Origin: Candidatus Sulfotelmatobacter sp. | Lineage (GTDB): Bacteria > Acidobacteriota > Terriglobia > Acidiferrales > UBA7541 | Assembly: GCA_035624115.1 (NCBI GenBank) | Contig: DASPSD010000031.1 | Location: forward strand, 25,292-89,291 | DNA: 64,000 bases | Direction of reading: 5' to 3' | Shown here: positions 57,612 through 64,000 of the stretch, piece after piece | How the letters are laid out: the number at the start of each line of letters is the position of its first letter | How positions within the stretch are numbered: position 1 is the first letter of the stretch | Notes under the pieces: generated by a model | The model's database searches: none | Seen by the model: only the letters and a program-made list of their open reading frames with translations | What the model was told of the DNA's origin: nothing | Position numbers and translations under genes: made by a program

Positions 57612-58607
57612 TCACCCGCGCGCGACGGCGCGTTCATATCCTGGGGACACGTTTACTGGGACGTGTTTGGGGGCGGGAAAAACATGAGTTCCGGCAAGCC
57701 CTGACACCGCCGCGCGAAGGTCGCCAACGGAGGCGATGATTGCCTCTCTCCCTCCTCCACGCAAGAACTGCAGGACGGCCTCGACCTTTGGTCCCATGCT
57801 TCCGGGCGCGAACTGACCGGCGCGCACGTATCGCGCGAGCTGATCCGTGTCAAGCCGGACCAGGGGAAGCTGCGAGGTCTTCTTGTAGTCAAGATAGACG
57901 TAGTCCGTGTCCGTCCCGATGACGAATGTCTCGGCTCCCAGTTTCGATGCGAGCAAACTCGATGCGAGATCCTTATCAATCACTGCCTCGACACCCACCA
58001 GTTCCCCGCCGACCCACGCGACGGGGATGCCGCCGCCGCCGCAGGCAATCACGAATGTTCCGAATTTCACCAGTTGCTGAATCGCTCCCAGCTCGATGAC
58101 CTCCAATGGTTGTGGCGAAGGCACCAGACGGCGATAGCCACGCCCCGCATCCATTTCCACCGTCCATCCGCGTTGGCGCCTCCGTTCTTCCGCTTCGGCT
58201 TGCGTGTAAAACCGGCCGACGGGCTTGCTTGGATTCTTCATGGCGGGATCGTCGAGGGAGACAATGCACTGCGTCACCACGGTGGCGACGGGCACATGCA
58301 AGCCCGCCCGCTTCAATTCGGTGTGAAGCGCCAGTTGGAGCAAGTACCCCATCTCCCCTTGCGTGGAGGCGTCGCACACATCCAGCGGATGCCCGGGCAC
58401 CACTCCCACGGCTCGTTCCGAGAGCAGGAGTTCAGCACCTACCTGCGGACCATTGCCATGGGTGAGGACAATCCTCCACCCCTCGCGGAGCAACCGCACA
58501 ACTTCCGCCGCGACGCGCCGTGCGTTGGCGAGCTGCTCTCCAATTGTGCCCTTTTCACCGGCATGAATCAGCGAATTGCCGCCGATAGCAAGCACCATCA
58601 TTTTCAT
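57612..58607 (-). CDS. arcC: carbamate kinase
   Basis: MVLAIGGNSL...VLTHGNGPQVG...ACGGGGIPV. Confidence 0.9.
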   Translation of the reverse strand: MKMMVLAIGGNSLIHAGEKGTIGEQLANARRVAAEVVRLLREGWRIVLTHGNGPQVGAELLLSERAVGVVPGHPLDVCDASTQGEMGYLLQLALHTELKRAGLHVPVATVVTQCIVSLDDPAMKNPSKPVGRFYTQAEAEERRRQRGWTVEMDAGRGYRRLVPSPQPLEVIELGAIQQLVKFGTFVIACGGGGIPVAWVGGELVGVEAVIDKDLASSLLASKLGAETFVIGTDTDYVYLDYKKTSQLPLVRLDTDQLARYVRAGQFAPGSMGPKVEAVLQFLRGGGREAIIASVGDLRAAVSGLAGTHVFPAPKHVPVNVSPGYERAVARG

Positions 58608-58619
58608 TGCAGCACCTGG

Positions 58620-59591
58620 CTAGACAACTGCGAGTTCCGGCGCCTGCGCCGGCCGCACGGCTTCGAAGGGCACGTGCTTCATCAACTCGACCAAGATGGC
58701 CTTCTGAATATGCAGACGGTTTTCTGCCTGCTGGAACACCACGGAACGCGCCGAATCAATCACATCCGTCGTAACCTCCGCGCCGCGATAAGCGGGCAGG
58801 CAATGCATGAAAATGGCGTCCGGCTTTGCGCAGGCAAACAATTCTGAGTTCACCTGGTAGGGACGAAAAATCTGCCGCCGTTCCTTCGCTTCCGATTCCT
58901 GCCCCATGCTGGCCCACACGTCCGTGTAGACGACGTCCGCGCCTTCGACCGCGACCCGGGGGTCGTTGGTGATCCTTACTTTGCCTTTCGTTTGCGAGGC
59001 GCGCTGGAGTGCCCATGCGATCGCGTCCGGCCTCGGTTCGTAGCCCGGGGGCGAAGCGATGCAAATCTCGGCGCCAAGCTGTGCCGCGCCAAACAGCAGT
59101 GAATGGGCCACATTATTGCCGTCTCCCACAAACGCGAGCTTTACGTCCTTCAAGCGTCCCTTCACTTCCCAGATCGTCATGTAATCCGCCATCGCCTGGC
59201 ACGGATGGCTGAAATCGGTCAGCGCATTGATCACGGGGATATCGCAGCAGGCCGCCATTTCCTCCACAATTTCATGAGCGAACGTGCGGATGGCAATGCC
59301 TTGGACCATTCGTTCCAGATTCTTGGCCACGTCGTGGATTGACTCGCGCTTCCCAAGCTTGATTTCCGCCGGCGAAAGATAGAGGCAGAAACCTCCCAAT
59401 TGATGAATCCCCACGTCGAAGCTCACGCGGGTCCGCAGCGAAGGCTTCTCGAAAATGAGTGCGAGCGTCTTGCCCTGCAACGCCTCTCGATATGCCGGCG
59501 CACGGGCCTTAATTTGGCGGCCCAGGAAAAGCAGGTACTCCATCTCCGCGGGAGACAAATCCCGGATCGAAAGAAAATCTTTGATCTCCAC
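58620..59591 (-). CDS. argF: ornithine carbamoyltransferase
   Basis: FEKPSLRTRVSF, HPCQAMAD, DVWASMGQE, HCLPAYRG motifs. The catabolic versus anabolic role cannot be decided from the sequence. Confidence 0.9.
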   Translation of the reverse strand: MEIKDFLSIRDLSPAEMEYLLFLGRQIKARAPAYREALQGKTLALIFEKPSLRTRVSFDVGIHQLGGFCLYLSPAEIKLGKRESIHDVAKNLERMVQGIAIRTFAHEIVEEMAACCDIPVINALTDFSHPCQAMADYMTIWEVKGRLKDVKLAFVGDGNNVAHSLLFGAAQLGAEICIASPPGYEPRPDAIAWALQRASQTKGKVRITNDPRVAVEGADVVYTDVWASMGQESEAKERRQIFRPYQVNSELFACAKPDAIFMHCLPAYRGAEVTTDVIDSARSVVFQQAENRLHIQKAILVELMKHVPFEAVRPAQAPELAVV

Positions 59592-59593
59592 GG

Positions 59594-60934
59594 CTACACC
59601 CTTGTCGGCGCATGCTCCCGTGCAAACTGGGCCAGGCGTTCGGCCAGGCCCGGGCGCGTCAATTCCTGGACTTCATAGGTGACTCGAAGATAGGGCTTGT
59701 TCAACTTGATCACTCGAGCCAAGTCGACGGGTGTGGCGACCAGCACGAAGTCGCACGGCACTCGGTTGATGGTTTCTTCGAGCTCATGCCTTTGCATGGC
59801 GCTGTAGCCCATTGCGGGCAGCAAATTTGTGAGCTGCCGGAATTGCTCGAAGCTGCTTTGGATGGAGCCGACCGCGTACGGGCGGGGATCCACCAGCTCC
59901 GCCGCGCCAAACTCTCTGGCCGCAACCACACCGGCGCCGTAGGGCATCTCGCCGTGCGTGAGCGTGGGCCCGTCTTCCACCACGAGGACGCGGCTGCCTT
60001 TGATGAGTTCGGGGGCGGAAACAACCACTTGGCTGGCAGCTTCTATGATCACGGCATGGGGATTGTTGTTGCGGATGTTTTCCCGCACTTTTTGCACATT
60101 CAGCGGTGAGGCCGTATTCACCTTGTTGATCACCACCACGTCGGCCCGGCGAAGATTCACCTCTCCCGGAAAATACGAGAGCTCATGGCCCGCCCGCAAC
60201 GGGTCGGCCACGACGATCTCCAGGTCGGATTCGTAGAAGGGCGTGTCGTTGTTGCCGCCATCCCAGAGAATCACATCCGCCTCTTTTTCGGCTTGCCGCA
60301 GGATCCTCTCGTAGTCCACACCTGCGTACACAACCGTCCCCTCGCATAGATGAGGTTCATATTCCTCGCGCTCTTCGATGGTGCATTGTTGAGCGTCCAG
60401 ATCGTCCATTGTCGCGAATCGCTGAACCGCTTCTGCTTCCAGTTGTCCGTAGGGCATGGGATGGCGGACCACCACGGGCCTCAGTCCATTCCGCATCAAT
60501 TCGGAAGCCACCAGCCGCGCGACGGGGCTTTTGCCGCATCCGGTTCGCACCGCACACACGGAGACTATGGGGACTACAGATTTAAGTTGTGTGTGCTCGG
60601 TCCCCAGCAACCAGAAGTCCGCGCCCGCAGCTACCGCGCGCGAGGCCAGATGCATCAAGTTGAGGTGCGAAATATCGCTGTAGGAAAATACGACGGCATC
60701 TACCCTCAACTGGCGGATCAATTCCTCCAGCTTGTTTTCCGGAAAGATTGGGATGCCGTCCGGATACGCGGGGCCTGCCAGCGCCGAGGGATATCGCCGG
60801 CTCGCGATGCCCGGAATCTGGGTGGCGGTGAACCCGACGACTCGAAACTGCTGCTGATTTCGAAAAACTACGTTGAAATTATGGAAGTCTCTTCCTGCTG
60901 CGCCAAGGATCAGTATGTTCTTTGAATTGTCCAT
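59594..60934 (-). CDS. COG2403-type predicted P-loop NTPase (cyclic 2,3-diphosphoglycerate synthetase-like family)
   Basis: ILILGAAGRDFHNFN...VCAVRTGCGKSPV (P-loop)...VVVRHPMPYG. First gene of the OTC/CK/OAT operon, 2-nt gap to argF. Confidence 0.65.
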   Translation of the reverse strand: MDNSKNILILGAAGRDFHNFNVVFRNQQQFRVVGFTATQIPGIASRRYPSALAGPAYPDGIPIFPENKLEELIRQLRVDAVVFSYSDISHLNLMHLASRAVAAGADFWLLGTEHTQLKSVVPIVSVCAVRTGCGKSPVARLVASELMRNGLRPVVVRHPMPYGQLEAEAVQRFATMDDLDAQQCTIEEREEYEPHLCEGTVVYAGVDYERILRQAEKEADVILWDGGNNDTPFYESDLEIVVADPLRAGHELSYFPGEVNLRRADVVVINKVNTASPLNVQKVRENIRNNNPHAVIIEAASQVVVSAPELIKGSRVLVVEDGPTLTHGEMPYGAGVVAAREFGAAELVDPRPYAVGSIQSSFEQFRQLTNLLPAMGYSAMQRHELEETINRVPCDFVLVATPVDLARVIKLNKPYLRVTYEVQELTRPGLAERLAQFAREHAPTRV

Positions 60935-61155
60935 GAGAGCCTACCGGTGACACCAATATCATCCGGTCCAGGGTCGGCCCAGACCGTGACTCCAATCACA
61001 TCCCCGAGTGACAAGGGCGACAAAGAGCAGACCATGAGGCTGAAATCGGTCGCTTGTCCGGTGTCAATCCGTGGGCCCGAAATGGTGAACTCGTCAAGCA
61101 CCCAAAGTTGCGGCAACGACGCAAGTGATGGAAAATAACTGAACTAGCCAGCAGT

Positions 61156-61194
61156 GGGCGTGTAGCTCAGCTGGGAGAGCACCTGCTTTGCAAG
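61156..61194 (+). pseudogene. 5' half of tRNA-Ala(UGC), interrupted after the anticodon loop
   Basis: GGGCGTG-TA-GCTC-AGCTGGGA-GAGC-A-CCTGC-TTTGCAA-G. I found no T-arm or 3' acceptor strand (CACGCCC) downstream in the window. Confidence 0.7.
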
Positions 61195-61294
61195 TAAGCG
61201 GGTTAAATCACATAAGTGCCGCATCTGGTGTCGCTTGCGCGGACTCGCGCGGTGCGACCAACCTCTTGAGTTGGACTGAAGTTGGACCGAAAGT
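61194..61294 (+). repeat. 101-nt element, copy A (abuts the tRNA-Ala fragment)
   Basis: GTAAGCGGGTTAAATCAC...GTTGGACCGAAAGT. By hand alignment, 13 mismatches and no gaps against 63524-63624. Confidence 0.8.
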
Positions 61295-61470
61295 GTTTGG
61301 GACCGCCATGGCGCCCGCTTCATCGGAATATTGATGGCGACATTTACGGCCAATTTCAGCCCATCCGCACGCGACTACTGAAGAATTACGTCTTGTGCGG
61401 TGCCCTGCTTGTCGTTGCGCGAGGGCAGATCACCAATGGCCCGACAACACTTGGGACCTGACGAGGATCG

Positions 61471-62490
61471 CTATCCGATCCCCCACAGTCGCCGGGCCTC
61501 CTCGGCGATGATGTCCGGCCTCTCTTCAGGAAAGAACGCTTTGGCACCCTCGACGCGACGGACGCCGCGCGAACGCGGAAAGTTGTGGTCCAACCAGTCC
61601 GGGCTGGCCGGCGAGAACACCGTGTCGCCGGTGCCCCAGACGATCCGCACCGGTACGCGCGAGCGGTGGAGCGCGGGCTCAATCCCGGCAAACGGATTCT
61701 GCTCCAGAGCAATCGCGTAGGCCTCGCACTGGGCCTTGCGGCGTGGCGAGCTAACGAGCGGCGCGAAGTAGGTGTCCACCGCTTCATCGGTCGGATTGGT
61801 CGGCTCGACGTATGCGAGCCGGGCAATCCCTTTGGGCGATCGGGCCAGATTCTTATCAGCAACCATTGGCGCGAGCAACTGATCGACGAACGTGCCGGCA
61901 TGCGCCATTGCGATCACGGGCAGGAAAGACTTCGCCGGACTGTCGTTGGCGACTTCGCAGTTCGTGAGCAGCAGCGTTCGGACGCGCGATGGATAGCGGG
62001 CCACGAACAGTTGGGCGACCTGGCCACCGCTGTCGTTGCCGACGAGATCGACTGTGGAGATGGACAAACGGTCGAGCAGTGAGGTCAGCATCTCGACCTG
62101 CTGGCCTGGCGCTAGGTCCTGTCCGTCCGGAATTTCGGAGTACCCGAGTCCCATGAAGTCCGCGGCGATACACCGCCGGTACGGCGAGAGGCGCTCGAGC
62201 GCGCCGCGCCACTGGAACCCATTGAGTGGGAACCCGTGCAGGAACAGTGCGGTCCGGCCCGATCCCCGCTCCACATACGCGACCCGGCCGAATCGGAGCT
62301 CAGCGAACTGGCGCATGGCGTGGAACGCCGTCTCGTCGATCGGGCCTGCCGGTGTCGCCGCGACCGATGGGTGGACGCCGCGCATGCTGCAGCCGCCCAT
62401 GGCAGCCGACGCGATCGCGCCGGCGGTAAGTTCCATGAACTGTCTGCGATCCATGTTCCCATTAGTGATCTTGTTTCGTCTCTCCGTCAA
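61471..62490 (-). CDS. alpha/beta-hydrolase with Tat-type signal peptide
   Basis: MDRRQFMELTAGAIASAAMGG (twin-Arg), LFLHGFPLNGFQWR, nucleophile elbow GNDSGG. Confidence 0.8.
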   Translation of the reverse strand: MTERRNKITNGNMDRRQFMELTAGAIASAAMGGCSMRGVHPSVAATPAGPIDETAFHAMRQFAELRFGRVAYVERGSGRTALFLHGFPLNGFQWRGALERLSPYRRCIAADFMGLGYSEIPDGQDLAPGQQVEMLTSLLDRLSISTVDLVGNDSGGQVAQLFVARYPSRVRTLLLTNCEVANDSPAKSFLPVIAMAHAGTFVDQLLAPMVADKNLARSPKGIARLAYVEPTNPTDEAVDTYFAPLVSSPRRKAQCEAYAIALEQNPFAGIEPALHRSRVPVRIVWGTGDTVFSPASPDWLDHNFPRSRGVRRVEGAKAFFPEERPDIIAEEARRLWGIG

Positions 62491-62540
62491 TGACCTCCGA
62501 GGTCATGGTCTCACGCACGCAGATCATATAGAATCCAACT

Positions 62541-63371
62541 ATGCGTGGGATCGACTCGCGCTCTCCGCCGCCTCCCGCGTCGGCGACTCACTTCGGCGCG
62601 CTGCTCCGCGAGTGGCGCGCTGCGCGACGCGTGAGCCAACTCGATCTTGCGCTGGCGGCCGATATCTCGTCCCGGCATCTGAGCTGCGTCGAGACCGGCC
62701 GAGCACAGCCGAGCCGCAAGATGGTGTCGCGGTTGGCGGCCGCGCTGGCCATTCCACTGCCCGAGCGCAATGTTCTGTTGGTCGCAGCGGGCTACGCGCC
62801 CGGATACCGCGAGTCGGGGCTGGCAGCGCCAGAGCTTGAGCGCGCCCGACGCGCGATCGAGCTCATCCTGCGCCAGCAGGAGCCGTATCCTGCGATCGTC
62901 GTAAGCCAGCATTGGGATCTGCTGGCGGCAAACCAGGGCGCGAAGCGCCTCTTCGGCTGGATGCTCGGCGGCCCATCGCCACACACCAACATCATGCGGC
63001 TAAGCTTCGACCCGGCCGGCCTGCGCCCGTTCGTCGTGAACTGGGAGGCGGCGGCATTGGATCTCGTCCGACGCCTCCACGGCGATATCGCAGCGGCGCC
63101 GTCGGACACCCGCGCACGGGCCCTCTTGTGCGACATCCTCGCATATCCTGGCGTGCCACCGCAGTGGCACGACCGTGATCTGGGCGCACTGCAGGCGCCG
63201 CTGTCGACCATCACGTATCGCAAGGACGGCATCAACCTCACGTTTTTCTGGACGATCACGACGTTCGGCACGCCGCAGGAGGTGACGCTCGAGGAATTGC
63301 GCATCGAGTGCTCGTTCCCCACCGATGAGCCAACCGACCGGATGTGCCGCGATCTCGCCGCGGCGCTGTGA
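62541..63371 (+). CDS. XRE-family HTH regulator with MmyB-like C-terminal domain
   Basis: LLREWRAARRVSQLDLALAADISSRHLSCVETGRAQPS HTH. Divergent from the hydrolase gene. Confidence 0.8.
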   Translation: MRGIDSRSPPPPASATHFGALLREWRAARRVSQLDLALAADISSRHLSCVETGRAQPSRKMVSRLAAALAIPLPERNVLLVAAGYAPGYRESGLAAPELERARRAIELILRQQEPYPAIVVSQHWDLLAANQGAKRLFGWMLGGPSPHTNIMRLSFDPAGLRPFVVNWEAAALDLVRRLHGDIAAAPSDTRARALLCDILAYPGVPPQWHDRDLGALQAPLSTITYRKDGINLTFFWTITTFGTPQEVTLEELRIECSFPTDEPTDRMCRDLAAAL

Positions 63372-63523
63372 GTCACGGCACGGTGAGCGTATTCGGCCCG
63401 CTCATAGCGGACGGCGAGATGCGATGGGATGTGCCCTTTCTCGCCAATTTTGTTCCGGTCGGCTCGGCAGTGAGATGAGTCTCCCAACTATAACCATCCG
63501 AGCCTGGTCCTCCTGCGCGCGAG

Positions 63524-63624
63524 GTAAGCAGGTTAAATCATACAAGTTCCGCATCTGGCGTCGCTTACACGGAGCCGCGCGGTGCAACCAAACTCTTGAA
63601 TTGGACTGACGTTGGACCGAAAGT
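63524..63624 (+). repeat. 101-nt element, copy B
   Basis: GTAAGCAGGTTAAATCAT...GTTGGACCGAAAGT, in direct orientation relative to copy A. Confidence 0.8.
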
Positions 63625-63868
63625 CGATCTAGTTTCTCATTTGGATGGGCGGTGGGCGAGGACGCAACGGGAGCTGAGGCCAAGCCGGCGCTACCAGGCA
63701 GTGTCTGCAATGCACGAAATCCTCCGCGTCCGCAAATTGAAATGATATGTGTACCCTGATAACGGAATTGGGGGACCATCCCAATCGGATATCGGGCGCG
63801 CAATCTGAGGAACGGATTTGGGTGTTGCTCTACGGGCTCGCATGTCCGAAAATCATCAAGGTCAATCG

Positions 63869-64000
63869 ATGCCTCAAGCCGCTACACCCCGCCTTCCTGC
63901 CGAAGAACTGGCCAACAGCCTTACACACGGCGTCGGTTTGGTTCTGAGTATCGTAGGCTTCGCAACTTTGGTTTCTCTCGCGGTGATGCGTGGCAGCGCG
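63869..64000 (+). CDS. hemolysin III/PAQR-family membrane protein, 3'-truncated by window edge
   Basis: MPQAATPRLPAEELANSLTHGVGLVLSIVGF... (ANSxTHGxG signature). Confidence 0.7.
   Translation, partial: MPQAATPRLPAEELANSLTHGVGLVLSIVGFATLVSLAVMRGSA

Noticed and set aside
50674-60934. Sigma-54 promoters directly upstream of the FeS/NrfD operon and of the OTC operon
   Set aside because: Every GG...GC candidate I checked (e.g. cagggtcgacctgca at about 50798) has the wrong spacing for -24/-12. Only the element at 49803-49818 fits.
61200-61230. Resemblance of GGTTAAATCACATAAGTGCCGCA to the 5' end of 23S rRNA (GGTTAAGTGA.TAAG...)
   Set aside because: The similarity fades after about 25 nt, and no rRNA-like sequence follows. 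It is judged coincidental.
61194-61294. Group I or group II intron interrupting the tRNA-Ala anticodon loop
   Set aside because: The 5' exon does not end in the usual U. I could not find group I core elements (the R/S-type GACUA and AAGAUAUAGUCC-like segments, or a P7) nor the group II GUGYG start or a domain V. No 3' exon (T-arm plus CACGCCC) exists downstream in the window. The similarity of gaggccaagcc (63677) to the IC3 GAGCCAAGC motif is too short to count.
61144-61353. Minus-strand ORFs 61144..61353 and 63402..63803, which share similar peptide segments
   Set aside because: The similarity is just the translated 101-nt repeat, and the first ORF ends in ...SQLSYTP, the classic antisense translation of a tRNA. 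The substitutions between the copies are not biased towards synonymous changes.

Overview
High-GC bacterial chromosome segment. The gene content (ADOP/FtsX-type permease, 1190-aa CarboxypepD_reg-type TonB-dependent receptor, several DinB and DUF2911 proteins, dense hairpin repeats) fits Acidobacteriota best, but that is inference. Most of the window is housekeeping: rplU-rpmA-obg-nadD-rsfS-(sigma-54 EBP)-rlmH, accD-folC, hslVU, pccB, rpiA, accC plus BCCP, rpmB-surA-like, and an OTC/carbamate kinase/ornithine aminotransferase operon. Five things stand out. (1) A ~6.2-kb accessory segment (about 34.9-41.2 kb) is bracketed by a duplicated 3' end of pccB. It encodes a group II PLP decarboxylase fused to TPR and ATP-grasp domains, a threonine-synthase-like (cysteate-synthase-like) PLP enzyme, and a second TPR/ATP-grasp paralog. 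This is my best candidate for an undescribed small-molecule or modification system. (2) A perfect 5' half of tRNA-Ala(UGC) is cut off after the anticodon loop by a 101-nt element. That element recurs 2.3 kb downstream, and the two copies bracket an alpha/beta-hydrolase plus MmyB/XRE regulator pair. (3) A redox/regulatory cluster contains a sigma-54 promoter, a membrane-anchored GcvH-like protein, twin GTGAC-N4-GTCAC palindromes, HybA/NrfD-like subunits with no catalytic partner, a sensor kinase carrying a CxxCH motif, and an NtrC-type regulator. (4) At least three families of hairpin REP/MITE-like repeats occupy about a dozen intergenic gaps in the first 25 kb. (5) Two apparent frameshifts are present, one of them on a canonical A_AAA_AAC slippery heptamer. 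I saw no rRNA, intact tRNA, CRISPR array, integrase or transposase. All calls come from reading the sequence and ORF translations by eye; no database search was run.
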